Source: a virus (lineage: Duplodnaviria; Heunggongvirae; Uroviricota; Caudoviricetes). From it: a DNA stretch of 64,000 nt. Shown here piece by piece: positions 14,355-28,086 of this stretch (position 1 is the first letter of the stretch; every line of letters begins with the position of its first letter). A model generated the notes under the pieces. That model did no database searches. It was not told the DNA's origin and saw only the letters and a list, made by a program, of their open reading frames with translations. The position numbers and the translations under genes were made by a program. The stretch lies in the IMG/VR virus record IMGVR_UViG_3300031555_002904; one strand, 5' to 3'.

Positions 14355-17300
14355 TTATTTACGATTCGCGTATTGAGATGCTTGATTTACTAAATTATTA
14401 AATGCCTCTTCGATTTCATTTCTATCACTGACGCCAGGGAAACTAGCTTCGATATGAACATTCTATTCAATTGTAGTTTCATTATTATTTCCTCCATAAG
14501 AAGGACTAGATAATAATCCACCCAGTTGCGCATTCATGCTATGTAAATCAATAACCTACAAAATACGCTCTAAAACTTCCATGCTAGCCAAGAAATTAGC
14601 TGTATCGCCCTAATTCAAAACCAATTCTTTTTCATCTAAGATACCAAGTTTACCATAAGATCCCCAAGAACCAGTATATCCACCAGTATTAAAACGAGAG
14701 AAAATATACTTACTATAATCGCTAGGCCAATTAATACCATTAGCAGCAATTAACGCCTAAGAATTACCAAAATAAGTATTTACCAAACCTTGAATTTCAT
14801 TATAACTAAATCCTTTAGCTTCAAGATTCTTTTTTCGCGTAGAACCGTTACCCCAACCGGCCGCAGTTGCATTTCTAATAATTGCTAAAGCGACTCCTGC
14901 CTTAGTTCTTGTATCATACTAGCTAGCTGCACTATTTTCACTTTCAGCACTATCGTTTTGTGTTTGCTAATTTGTAGTAGTATTGTCAGTAGCATTTTCA
15001 GCATTTGCATTTGCTTGTTTAGCAGCTTCTTCTTCAACCTTTTGAGTCTAATTAATTTCGCCTATTAATAGTTCATGGTCTCCAATTAATCCTTGAATTT
15101 GTTCTCTAACTAATGCATAAGCACCTGTTAAATTACCAACTTCAGTAATTTCAGCCTAAATAGCATTAACAACTCCACCTTTACCATCTTTTCCAATTAA
15201 AGACTCTTTTAATTTATCACTTTCAATAGTAATAGATAATACTTGATTATCAACTTTATCTAAACCAGTTTGATCTAGCGCAGTTTTAACAGTTGTTGAC
15301 CATCCCAATAAAGTATTTGCACTATCTTTAGTATATTGATTTACAGCATTCTATAACTCACCAGTTTTGTAAATCATATCATTAAAATCTGAACTCCATG
15401 CATCATTTATTACTCTACTATCAGTGGTTAAAGCCACTTGATAAAGACTAGAATAATCTTTTAGCTTGTCAAAATAATGCTATTTTGCTGCAGCCATTTT
15501 AGCATTATATTCCTCTTCGTTAGCAATTTCACCCTCTAAATATGCCTATTGCAATTCTGCTAAAGTATCATACATTTCTTGCATTGTTTCAGCATATTTC
15601 TAGCTATAATCGTTTGCACCTTCTAGTCCAATATTATATAGTGAATTTTGAGCATCTTCAAGCTCTTGCTAAGCCTAAGCAACTTTATCTTGATCTGCGG
15701 TATAGACGTAACCAAAATTACCTTCAGCATCACGCTATAGGCGAACAGTAGATTTTGCATTTTGAGCTTCTTCTAAAGCAATTTCTGCCAAAAGCAAATC
15801 ATATTTCGCCTACTAAATTTCTAATTCATAATTACTCAATTTAGTTTGATTCTATAATTGCTCAGTCTCTTGGATAAATTGAGTTAATCTGCGTTTTGCC
15901 ACAGTATTTTGAGTTTTATCAATTTCTTGTTGTGCGGTACGCATTAATTTATTAGTTTCATAAATCTAATTAGTAGTAGTTAAATATTCTTCTTGAAGAC
16001 TGCTTGCACGCTCCATAGATTCAAGCATCGTATCAAAATCAGAGCCTCCTGTTAAAGTCTCTTCTAAAGTTTGATTTAACTCAGCCATATTATTTTCAAC
16101 AACAGCTTTCATTGCTTCAATCCATGCTTCAGTTTTTGAAAGCATATTATCTTGAGCATCATTAGCTGCAGTTTGCGCAGCTTCCCAATTGGCCTTATAT
16201 ACTTTCCAAGCATCAGAGCCCTCAATTGCGCTATCCATTTGCTCTTTCCATCGCTTTGCCTCAGCGTCGTACATTGCATATGTTGCCTGTGCTACTTCTA
16301 ATTCATTACGAGTAGTTTTTGCCTATCCCTCTAGAATAGAACCCATAACTGCATAATCTTGTTTCTTACCTAACAAATCCATAATACTGGAATAATGATC
16401 TAAAACAGAAGTAAGATGTTCCATTTTATCAGTATATTTACTTAGCTCTTCATTTGCCGCATCTAAAGTATTTCCATAATACTCTATCATTTGACGGTCT
16501 AAGTCGATTAGTGCTTGAGCATTTTCCATAGTGGCATCTTTTGCATTTTGCAATCCTTCAATATAAGCTGCTTGAGAGATTTCACCATTTTTATAAGCTT
16601 CTTCTAAGTCAGCAACGTATTGTCTTTGTAATTGAAGATTTTCTTCATAAATAGAACTAGATTCACTAAGTTTAGCGTAAGCTTCAGCCATTAAATAGAA
16701 ATCGTCTTCCATTTTATTCATATGATATTCAATCATAGCCAAATCATCTTCATTAAACTGTATTTCAATTTCTAGAGCATAATTTAATTTTTCAAAATTA
16801 TTATCCTGAATTTCATTGCGTTTATCCTATTCTTCATTCTCTAAATCTTCAATTAATTCACGAGTTTCATCGTATTGAGTAATAGCTTCTTTAAGTCTAT
16901 CTAATTTCTTATCAAAAGCATCTAATGTTTCTTGTTCAGTATCATCAATCTCTTCACCAAAACTGTCTAATAGAGCTTCTCTCTCATTATACAATTTTGT
17001 CATTTGAGACTCATAATTAGCAATATTGCCATCTTGATAATTGAAAGAAATCCCTAAATCAGCGGCAGCCGCATTTAAATCATCTCTATCAATCTTTAAA
17101 TAAGCTTCAGCCTCAGACCTTTTTTCTTTAATTAATTCAATCTCATCTTCTAAAATCGAATTAATCTTTTCCATTTGATTAATACGAGCAGTACCCCATA
17201 AACGATCGGCCGCTTTAGATGCATCATCCAAAGCATCAGCCATATCATCAAGCTTATCATTTACTGGTTTATAGCGTTCAACCGTATCAGATTTTTTTTG

Positions 17301-20300
17301 GCGAGCCTCTGAAGTTTTCTTTGGTTTAGAACCTCCACTCTATTTGCCAGTTGTGGTAGAAGATTGACTTACTTGAGGAGCAGGTAATGAAGTAAAAGCT
17401 GTAGTAACATCTCCATCACCTTCAGTACCTTCAATTGTATATTGAGGAACCCATCCATTAACTTCTACTGGTTCTCCGCTATAAGTCTAAGTATATTTAC
17501 GATACATTGGTAATTGAGCTGTAATTGGAGTACCATCTTCCTAATAGCCAACTGTATAAGTTTGTTCTCCCCGTTTTTCTAAATATTCATCAGTAATAGT
17601 AGTTGGGACAGAGGTAGTTTGCTAAACATAATTAGTTTTAACATTAGCACTAACATTTAATCCAGCTAATGCAGCTTCAATTTGTTCTTTAGTCATGTTA
17701 CCAGCTTTAATCATTTCATTAAATGAATCAATTAAAGCAGATTGATCTACATTACCCGCAGATACTCCTTCGGCCATATTTGCTTTTAAATATTCCCACT
17801 ACGTTTGAACTGTTTGAATATTTTCATCGCCTTCAATATCTAAATTAGCAATAATATCATCTGCTGCGGCTAATCTTAATCTTAAAATCGCATCTACATC
17901 GCCATCAAGCGCCAACTTTAAATCTTCAGAAGCTAAAGCATCTTCTGCAAATTGATCACTTAACATTGACCCATCTGCGACATTTACTATATCAGCTAAA
18001 TCTGTTTTTAAATTTGATAAAGTATTAGACCACTCAGCGCTACCTTTATTGGTTGTATTTAAGGCTTTTTTATAATCATTTAAATTATCATTTAAATTAC
18101 TTACGCCTCGATCTAAACGCATATTAGCAGTTGCTAATTTTGTAGCATCTTTAATACTTAAATTAGAATCTTTATGTAAATCTTTTAATCTTTTTGTATA
18201 ATCTTCTAATTCTTCTGCATTTAAATCATATTTTTCTGCCAATTCACCCACTTCAACAGCAGCCTCTAATGCGCTTTGAGCAACTTTAATCTCTGTTTCA
18301 CTGCCAGTTAGTAAGGCTTTAGAATATTCTTCTGCTTCTTCTGTGCAATTACTATAATTCTCAGCTAAGGTTAAAAGAGCTTGGCCATATTCATATGTAT
18401 CGAGTCCTGACTCTTCACTTAAACCAACAGATTGGATTTGTTTTAACTCTTCTAAAGAAGAAGCCTAATTAGCTAAAACTGTTAATTGTTTATCATAAGC
18501 AGCTTCATCAATTAATCCTTGACTAAATAAATTCTATAAATCCTAAATAGAAGTAGCAGTAGATGCCATCATTTCATTTAACTATTCTTCAGAGGTCTCT
18601 AAATTTTGAGTCATATAATCATCAACATATGTAAGCATTGTCTCAAGACGCTCTCTATTACCATCTCGAGCTTCCTGAAGGATAGTGTTAATAGTAGTTT
18701 CATCATAATTATTATTATCTAAAATTTCTTTTATTGCAGCATTATTATCAATTAAATTTTTAGTTTGATCTGCCATAATGTTATTAATCATATCTTCGCC
18801 GCTCTTGTAGCCATGATTAATACCATTCTGATTACTTAGCTTACCGTCTTTACCATCGCCATATTGTTTATCAATGGACGTAGCAGAAATTTTCCAATCA
18901 GCTTCAGAATCAATAACTTGCTCAACCAATCCTTTTCTTACTGCTAAATCTTCACGTTGAGTCGCAATATTTTCTCTAGTAGCATTTAACATTTCTGCGG
19001 AATCGCCAATAAATTTGCGAGTTCCATCAGCTTGTAAAATAAAGAATTTTTCCCACTCTTGATTATAAGCAACTAACTTCTCATAATCTTCGTCTTTAAT
19101 AACATCACCGAAATCTAAAGAACCTAAAATTGCACTTATTTCTTGTAAATTTGTTTGCAATTTAGTAAAATCTGGAAAAGCTCCATTAGCTATCCGCATA
19201 TTTTCAATAAAAGTTTTCCAGTAAGAATCAGTGGTATTAATCTATTTACCAAAACTTGCTAAAATAGTTTGAGCTTGTTCCATAGCATCCCAAGAAGACC
19301 AATCAATTCTTGATAACTATTCTAATGCAGTCATTTGATCCTCTTCATCAATCTATGACAACATAGAATTAAGGCCTTCTATATATTGATCACCAGCTTG
19401 CAATCCCAATGAGCCCAAATTCATTTTATCTGCAGCTGCCTCAATTGATTGAGCAATTCCTAAACTTAAGTCATCAAAAACAGATAAGCCTTTTGCAATA
19501 TCTAACTTATCTACTTGATCTTTAAAACTAGAAACTTGTGTATTGAAAGATTCTAAATAAGCCTCTGCACTCATGTAACCCTTTGATTTCCACAGAGCTT
19601 CAAAAGCTTTATCATCTATATCTAAATAATCTTGTAAATCTTGAACAGTATTAAAAGTTTGAATATCACCGTTTGCATATCCTACTGAAACATCTGAGAT
19701 ATCTCCTCCAGAAGCTTGAGAATATGCTAAGGCTCCAGTCAAATCTCCAGACTCACTTTTTTCAGACAATTTATCTAAGTTCTTTGCAAAAGTTTCTAAA
19801 GATATGCCAACATTTTCTAAAGCTTGCTCTTGAGCCATAAAAGCTTTAATACTGTCATTAGAGAATTTAATAGTTTGTCCAGCAGTATCTAAAAATTCAA
19901 CAATTCCATCTTTTTCAGAAACAAAAGTTAAATCTTTCTTTTTGGCGTACGACTTCTATAAATTTTCCCTTTGTTTCTTATCATATTTGTCATACTAGTC
20001 AAGAATACGCTGTGATTCAGTCATCATTTCTGCAGCAGCTAAATTATTTAATGCTGTTTTATGCTCTGAGTCACTATATACTTCGTTATCTTTCCAAGCA
20101 TTATTAATAATAAACTTATTATTTTCAAGAATTGCCTATGTATTTGAAGATAATGTGTTCATTAAGTCCTATAAAGCAGCTTCAGTCATTCCTAGGGCGT
20201 TTAATAAATCATCCTTAGAATCAATACCTTCAAGACTTAATTCTCTTACAATCTTATTAAGATTACCATCATAACTATCCCAATATTTTAAAACTTCATC

Positions 20301-23300
20301 TAAAATTCCGATTTGCTATTTATTTTGATCTTCTTGCTATTGAATATCACCAAAACTTGCAATCCAAGAATAAATTAAATTACCTAATGCAGCTCCAGCC
20401 GCTGCTGAAGGATCACTATATGTACCAATACTATTATTATAATATTGATTATCCATATTTTCTAATAAAAACTCACCCTAAGTTTTATCTTCCTCAGCTG
20501 CTAACTTAGCAAAAGCCTGATGATTTTTTGCCGCGGCGAGTGCATTTTGAGCAACTGCATTATCAATATAAGCTTGTTCTAATTTTTTATTATATTCAGC
20601 CATTCCATTCTCTAATGCATCGTCAGAGATTTCCCATAATCCGCTTTCAGCATTATATAAACCTTTTATGCCATATGTGTCCATTAGTTCACGAGCATAG
20701 TCATTGGCCTCTTTTAACTAATTTTTAAACTCTTCTGTACCCTCTATTAAAGTATCTAAGGCATCTTTTGCACCTTGATAATCTTCAATTGTATCGGTTA
20801 AATCTTGATATGCATTCTTTGCATCATCAATAGCATTTGCTGCGTTCTCAGCATCCTATGAAGCCTATTCTAATTTTTTATTAGCATTATCTAACGTCTG
20901 TCCATAGACATTTAAATGATTAATTAAAAGAACAATACCAGCAATTAAAGCAGCAATTGCAATTGCAATTAAAGTAATTTGCCACATTGCGATAGAAGTT
21001 GTAACTCCAAATGCAGTCACAGCAACTTCTGCAGTGCTAAATGCTGGTACAATAGATGTTATAGTAACAGTTAGCATTCCAATACCAGATATTAAAGCCA
21101 TAATTTTATCTTTAGTAGTGGCTTCTTCATTATTAAATACATCAATAATACCAGTAATAGTAGTAATGGCTTGTCCCAATGCCATAGCTGCCCCGGCAGC
21201 TTTAGAAAAAGCTTCAGCCATTGGAATAGGTTTCTATTTTGCCTCTTCCATGCTTTTATTATGCTCTTTCATCGCCACAATTACTTTTCTTAATGCAACT
21301 TCAGCACCTTCGTTTTTATTTTCAAACTATTCTAAAACTGCATTATACTCTCGAATAGCATTTTCTACTTCTTCACTTGTCATACCACAAGCTTCCATCG
21401 CAACTTTTAATTTTGATTGGATACTTGTTCCAGCAGCTGTACTTGCAGTTGATAATCTATTAAATACAGCAGTAATCTATTCAAAAGAAACATTTTCACT
21501 ATTTTTAATAGTTTGCCATAATTCATTAACTTCTGTTGTTGTAAGATTAACTTCCGGCAATAACGTTTTTAATGAAGTTTTTAATTTTTCAATACCTTGA
21601 GCATCTGTTAATTTATTAACATTTTTTAGTTTTAACATTTCTTGAACAGTCTCTGACAATTCCTTTTTTAATTCTTTAGCATCTTCAGCCTATTCATTCA
21701 TGCCGATAGATTTAAAAGCAGTATTTGCTACTGCTTGGAATTTAGAAGCATTTTTTGATAAGTCTTCATACTGTTTAGACAATGTTCGAACTTGAGCGAT
21801 TTGATCTGAAGATCCTTTTCCAGCTTTTTGAGCCTAAAATACAAGGATATTTCTTTCAGCAGCAATTTTTTCTTCAATTATTTCTAATTCTTCGCCAGCT
21901 TTAATCGCATTATCTACTAAGGCTCGATTTCTATCCATTAAAATCTAATTAATAGCCTACTCTTCTTCACTCATTCTTTCAATATTTTGAATATAAGTTA
22001 ATTGATTTTCACCTAAAGCTTTATAAGCTTCTGCGCTATAACCACTAGAAGTAGTTCCCTAATCCTTTAAACCACTAACTAATAATTTATTGGCCTTTTC
22101 CTTCTATTTAACTTCTGCCTCCAAAATAGCCTTTGGATTTAAAAATCCTTTAATACTAAAAGCAGCATTTTGAATACTCTAACTAATTTGCTTAGAAAAA
22201 ACACTTGTTACAATACTACCAATAGCTAATAAAACACCTTTAATACCACCTAAACTATCAATAAAAGTTTTAACTCCATCTATAAGATCAGCAAAACTAT
22301 TAGTTAAATCAATAAAGAACTCATCATTTAAAATAGCAGAATAAACTGCTTCAGTAGAAGCCTTTACTCTCTTGTTTGCAGCCTCCCAAGATTCAGCATA
22401 AATATCTGCTTGATTCTGTAAGGTTCCTGTAGAATTAGTCGCAGTAGTTAAGTTTGCGACCATACTATCACTGTCACCACTATCCCAGTTATTCATTAGG
22501 GCAATTAATTGGTTATATTGACGAACACCAGCAACAGTCTGTGCCAATGCTACTTGCTAAGAGTTATTTAAGACATCCCATTTTGCAGCCATTTCATCAA
22601 GAATATTATCCATATTCTTCAATTCTCCAGTACTATCAAATATACTAATTCCAACTTTTTCAAGTGCTTGAGAATATTTATTTAAAGTAACTCCATCATC
22701 AAGAGTTTCACCTAAATTCAAACCTTGAATACGAGCAAAAATAGTCTTTAAGGCAGTACCAACAACTTCTTCACTCTAGCGAGTATTTGAAGTAATTGTT
22801 GCCAAGGCTGATGCAGCATATTCATAACTTAAACCAATTGTTTTACCGATGGCTGCAAATTTCTCTAATCCGCCAGCAATCTCATCAGTACTAGAAGCAG
22901 TTGCCGCACCGAGAGCAGTCATGACATCAGCATAATACTCTAAAGATTTAGTACCATCATAAAAGTTATTCCAAACAGCGGTTAACTAATCAGAAACTTC
23001 TTGGGCACTTGCGCCCGCAGCATTAGCCATTTTTATAGTAACATCAGTACGCTCTTTAACCTATTCATCACTTAAACCCTATTGATAGAAAATCAAAGAA
23101 GCTTTAGTATAATCTGTTGTAGTTGTACTTAGCGCTTTTGCGGCATTATTTGCCTCTTTCGCAAACTCAGCCATCTTTTCAGTACTTGCGCCAGTAACAA
23201 TTCTGATATCATTTAAAGATGCATTTAAATCTTTTGCATACCCATAAGCGCTTGATACTGCACCCATGAATCCATGCATTGCGCTAGAAGTTAGCTGCCA

Positions 23301-23723
23301 TCTAGCAGTATTTTTCATAGTAGTCCATAATTCATCTAATAATTTACTACTGCGTCTCAAAGGTACATCCGCCATAGTAATAGCCTTTGCTAAGTCCGCA
23401 AAAGCTTTTTCACCGGCAGGTCCAAGCTAGTATAATTGATTTTGGTATTTCTCTAAAGACATACCACTTTTTTTCATTGACTCGCTGAACTTAGTCAAGT
23501 CCAAGTTTCCAGTTTTTGTATTAACTGCAGCATCTAATTGAACTTTTAATTGAGCTGCTGCACGACTCGCTTCTTGAAGGTCTTTAGTAAATTCAAAATG
23601 CGGAATCTTTAAAGCAATACTGTTAGATAATTCATTCAAAGACTTTTTTAAACTATTTAGTTCAGCTCTAACTTTTGATGAATCAGCAGAAAAAGATAAA
23701 CTAACATTTAAATTCTTTGCCAT
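14355..23723 (-). CDS. Tail tape measure protein, ~3,122 aa with TAG=Gln
   Basis: Twelve track fragments share one frame; N-terminal TMP motifs (LNDIRIVTG, AQTVAGVRQYNQLIALM), Ala/Glu-rich helices, C-terminal FNTGGYTG...KELVLN. Confidence 0.85.
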
Positions 23724-23764
23724 ATAAAAGCTATCTCCTTTCTCTCCATTTTTATTTTATAAAA

Positions 23765-23804
23765 TAAAAAAGAGGGATGAGAATAATCACTTATCTCATC
23801 CCTC
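23765..23804 (-). terminator. Intrinsic terminator
   Basis: GAGGGATGAGATAA/TTATTCTCATCCCTC stem plus T-run on minus strand. Confidence 0.6.
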
Positions 23805-23852
23805 GACTATTCCTATGATAATTTGAAAAGTTTTCCTATAAAAATAACTTAA

Positions 23853-24377
23853 TTAGCCCAGCTTACTCATTACATCCTATAAAAATTCTACACCATTGCC
23901 TTCAGCTAACTTTTTTTGAATTTCTGCAGCCTCCAAAGATAAGCTACTATAATCATTAGAAATATTGTCTAATAATCCCAATACAGAATTATTATATTCA
24001 TAAACTTTAGAAATAGTTTCCCACATTGCAGATACTAAATCATCCCATTCACTCTTGGGAATATTACTAATTACCTGTTCAAATAAACCGGAACTTACAA
24101 CAGAATCATAAAGTTTTAAATAATTCTCTTTAGCTTTTTCAGTAAAACTTAAATTAGTATATGCGTACAAAGCTTCCAAGGTTAAAAATACTTTTACTCG
24201 CAAAGGATTATAAAATTTATTATCATCTGCAGAAGCATTTAAAACATTTGTAATCAAATTTGCCTTTTCTTCCATGGGTAAATATTTACGAATTTCAATA
24301 TTATATTCCCCCCATGTTAATAAAGCAATTTCAGAATTTACTTTTACACCAAGTTTGGAAAATGGAATTTTTGCCAT
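23853..24377 (-). CDS. Probable tail assembly chaperone (1 TAG near C-terminus)
   Basis: Reads through TAG 23877 to ...FL*DVMSKLG-TAA; immediately upstream of TMP; function inferred from position. Confidence 0.6.
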
Positions 24378-24411
24378 AGTCAAACTCCTCCTTTATCTCA
24401 CTTTTTATATT

Positions 24412-24440
24412 ATTATACCAAAAAATTTCTTAGTTGTCAA
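24412..24440 (-). promoter_or_regulatory. Sigma-A/70-type promoter
   Basis: TTGACA-17-TATAAT on minus strand. Confidence 0.65.
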
Positions 24441-24443
24441 ATT

Positions 24444-25637
24444 TTAATTTGAAAATCTACTTCTAATAGAATTTCTGGATGAAGTATATAACTGTTCTAA
24501 TCCGACTTTAGAAGTTAATTTATCTTTATTTGTTGGTCTTACAAAAGACAGTAAATATGACTATCTTCTAAAATCTTCAATAAAATCAACCATCCATTGT
24601 CTTTTATTATTAGAACTAAATAAAACATTAGATACACCTAAACTTAATAAAATATTTTTAAAACGTGCTAAGAAATGTAAAGCCTATAAAGAACTATATT
24701 CATTTCCACCTTCGCTTAAAAATGCAGAATACAAATCTGCTCTATTACCAATTTCAAATGTATCACTTTTCCCTAGACTTTTAGATTTTACCTACTCACC
24801 AAAACTATCAATCTATTGAGACAAAGATAATAATATATCCTCAATCCCTGGTGGTTCCTAAAGAGAAGATATCATCTAAGTAACTTTTACATTTTGCGTT
24901 AATCCATTTTCTAAGTTATCTAATGTTGAAATAAAAATATCCATTTCAGTATCGCGTCCGCTCATTTTTGTACCACCAGTATGATAAACATTTAAAAAAT
25001 TATTTAATACTTTTTCTAAAGCTTCATACTCATGCAACTCTTTATAATAACCACCTAAAGACATCGCATATTTAAAACGAGAGCCTTCAGCAAATGATTT
25101 CTCATTAAATAATTTACTATATAAATAACGAATAAAATATGAAGATGCTTGTGCAACAATATCAGCAGTATCTCCAGAAGTTCCTTGAACACTAAGCATA
25201 TTTTCAATAAATTGATTATTAATACCTAATTCAGCAAAAATTAAATCTTTATTTAAATTTAATTTCTATTTAAAAGTTTGTTGGGCATTTTTAATTTTAT
25301 CTTTTTTATCATAAACTTGTTTATGAATTGATTCCAACAATTCTTTAGCTCCTGCAGTTGAACCACTTTCAATTAAATTTACTACTGCTGCTTCAATATT
25401 ATTTAATGTGCGTTGAGCATTTTCATAGCCTTCTCCCCATCCACTTGCGTTTTGTAAAATTAACATATCTATATCATTAATAAATTTTTTATATTCTTCA
25501 TTTTTTAATTTAACTTTTGCTGAATTAGTAATCTAATCTAACATTTTTTCTTTTAAATTTTTATAATGAAGCATGGCCTAATCATAGCCAGACGTATCAA
25601 TAGGAGTATTTAATAAACTTTGCCAACTTTCTAACAT
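24444..25637 (-). CDS. Hypothetical AT-rich protein, ~397 aa with TAG=Gln
   Basis: ATG 25637 after AAAGGAG; fragments 25266-25466 and 24876-25199 in frame; TAA 24444. Confidence 0.6.
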
Positions 25638-25663
25638 ATTTTTCTCCTTTCTCTCAAAACGAC

Positions 25664-25698
25664 AAAAAGGGGAGAGGTTATTTAAAACCTCTCCCCTT
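25664..25698 (-). terminator. Intrinsic terminator after tail tube gene
   Basis: AAGGGGAGAGGTT/AACCTCTCCCCTT stem with T-run on minus strand. Confidence 0.7.
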
Positions 25699-25717
25699 AA
25701 ATTTATTTAATTGTCAA

Positions 25718-26713
25718 TTACTCAACAGCGTTAAATCCTGCGAAAGGACGAGCGCCAGTAATCATACCATTTGCGTCAGCATAGTCCAAAGAATGAGTGC
25801 TTACACGCATGATGTCTTCAGCTTCATTACCGCCTTCGATAATCTGGATAGCAGCCAAGACTTTCTTAGTTCTGTCGAAACGAGTATAGTCAGGGAATGC
25901 GTCCATAGTGAAAGTGAAGGTGGAAGGATCGCCAGAAGAAGCCATAGTGAAAGTGAAGTTAGACTGAATCTTGCAGTTAGGAATTACAAACTCTGCAGGC
26001 ATATCGACACCATCCTGAGTGCGGAACAGAGTAGAAGCCTCTAGGTAGTAGTTACCACCGAACTTATCGGGAGTAATAGTAATCTCCTGAGCCTTACCCT
26101 TGCGCTCAACATAGTAATCAACCATTACAACACAATGGTTGTAGAAACCAGACAAATCATTGCCACGAGGCTTGATATTGCCGGTACGACCCTCATCTTC
26201 CCAAGCGGGAGACAGAGTTAAAACCTTGCCCTCAACAGCACTGGGAATGAAAGGCTCAGAAACAACTTCGCCGTTCTCCATCAGCATAACATAAACATAA
26301 TCCTCAGCATCGTCAGCTACATTGTAAGCAGCTTCTTTCAGAGTAATGGTAACAACACCGCTATCAGGATCAACAGCAACATTGTCAGTCTGCTCAGTAG
26401 TATGAACCTTAATAGGAGTTGCCTCAGAAGCCTCAATCAAGCCTGCGCCAGACAGAATCATAAAGCCAGCGGGAGAAATCAAAGCATCTTCCATAGTGAA
26501 GGTGATAGTACGCTCACCTTCCCAAGCAACTAGACGAGAGTTACCACGACCGCCCTGTGCATAAACAGTGGTAGCTGCGCCTTCCATGCTAGAGGTCTTC
26601 AAAGTGTCGAAGTAAATAACAGGCTCATTTTTATAGAAGATTTTGTTACCAATCTTCTGTGCGGCCTTTGCCTTCAAAACAACATCACAAATTTCGCGAA
26701 CACCAAATTTCAT
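25718..26713 (-). CDS. Major tail (tube) protein
   Basis: 331 aa, beta-rich (GGRGNSRL, FTFTMASSGDPSTFTFTMDA), codon-biased, no TAG, upstream of TMP, strong terminator. Confidence 0.75.
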   Translation of the reverse strand: MKFGVREICDVVLKAKAAQKIGNKIFYKNEPVIYFDTLKTSSMEGAATTVYAQGGRGNSRLVAWEGERTITFTMEDALISPAGFMILSGAGLIEASEATPIKVHTTEQTDNVAVDPDSGVVTITLKEAAYNVADDAEDYVYVMLMENGEVVSEPFIPSAVEGKVLTLSPAWEDEGRTGNIKPRGNDLSGFYNHCVVMVDYYVERKGKAQEITITPDKFGGNYYLEASTLFRTQDGVDMPAEFVIPNCKIQSNFTFTMASSGDPSTFTFTMDAFPDYTRFDRTKKVLAAIQIIEGGNEAEDIMRVSTHSLDYADANGMITGARPFAGFNAVE

Positions 26714-26739
26714 GGTTTATATCCTCCTTAAATTTTCAT

Positions 26740-27465
26740 TTAGTGAATATTTTTCATCCAGTTGTCAGGCTAGCTATCTGGTTTTCCGCCAGCCAAACGG
26801 CACCGAACGTCCATATCCCAATTAATATATAGCATATATCTTTCAACTAGATCATATAATTGGAACATGGTTAAATCCATCGCATCCTAAAGTGACATTG
26901 AACCCAATCCCACTGTTAGTATTGAAAGATATTGGCTAAATATACTAGTATTAGATTGCCCCTTTTCAGCAGCTACTTTTGCGCGCCCACGCATAAGTTT
27001 TTCCGCGATTTCTCTTGCCTTTGAGTTTGCGGGATTAAAAGCTGTCTAATCCATAGGGCCAGTTTTCATACAACAGATATTTGAAATTGCTGTTTGTAAA
27101 TATTCAAAATTACTTTCATCAATCTACATGGTCTATCCCTCTCCACTAATAAGCACAGAGCGTGGAGTGAATACAACTTTATACTTTGGGAAAAATAAAG
27201 TACAAACTTGCTATACAGCAATTTTTTTATCTATTGCTTCTTTTTCTGACATTATCGTCATAAATATCTAAAAGTTATTCACATTTGATAAATCACTTTC
27301 GTCCTTAACGAACATTGATTTATTTAAACACAAACACTAAACACCTGTAAAAAAATCCTATTCGCCGATAAAAGCAATTTCTTTAATGCGAGGCTAATGA
27401 ATGATAATCTAACATTGCGGAACTGGATAATCAGTACCACACATTAAACTTAATCGAGTATCCAT
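26740..27465 (-). CDS. Tail-associated protein, 241 aa with 11 in-frame TAG (absent from ORF track)
   Basis: Hand translation MDTRLSLMCGTDYPVPQC*IIIH*PRIKEI...NPANSKAREIAEKLMRGR...DNWMKNIH-TAA fills the gap exactly. Confidence 0.8.
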
Positions 27466-28058
27466 TAAGCTCTCTGTGGATTAAACATCGCATCAAAGTT
27501 TGCAACCATATCGGCTTCAGTATTAGGATTAGGCATTTTTTGTTTATCTTCATCTCCATGAATTGCTTGATACATAACACATAAACCAGCATATTCATCA
27601 GTTAAAATCATTTGATTTGCTCCTAAAAATTCTAACTTACCAATTCCTGTCAATCTTTTTTCATTAAACATAGAATCCAATTCAGCAGCAATTTTATATG
27701 GACGCAATTCAAAATCTCTCATATGCCATTGATCAAAATGACATATAATATCAAATTCAACAATATTATCCCTAAATTCTGGATTCGTAGTATTAGTAGT
27801 AAAATTATCAAAACTAACAATAATATAATTTAATACTGAACCATCAACATAAAGTTTTGGGACAATTTTAATATTCTTACCAAATAAATCCAAAGTTTCA
27901 TCCTCTGTTAAATTTGGCTTACTTAAACAATCTCTAGTTGTATAATGAAGCATTTTTTTCAAACGTTCATTTTTCATAATCATTTGAACGATAATATTCA
28001 TATCTTTTTCAGCTGATAAAAAACTAGATTTTGGATAACTATAAGTTTCAATCTTCAA
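27465..28058 (-). CDS. Probable tail completion/terminator protein
   Basis: 197 aa, FDIICH and LRPYKIAAELD motifs; located between head-closure and tail genes. Confidence 0.55.
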   Translation of the reverse strand: MKIETYSYPKSSFLSAEKDMNIIVQMIMKNERLKKMLHYTTRDCLSKPNLTEDETLDLFGKNIKIVPKLYVDGSVLNYIIVSFDNFTTNTTNPEFRDNIVEFDIICHFDQWHMRDFELRPYKIAAELDSMFNEKRLTGIGKLEFLGANQMILTDEYAGLCVMYQAIHGDEDKQKMPNPNTEADMVANFDAMFNPQRA

Positions 28059-28086
28059 TTTAATACACTCCTTTATCTCTCACATA

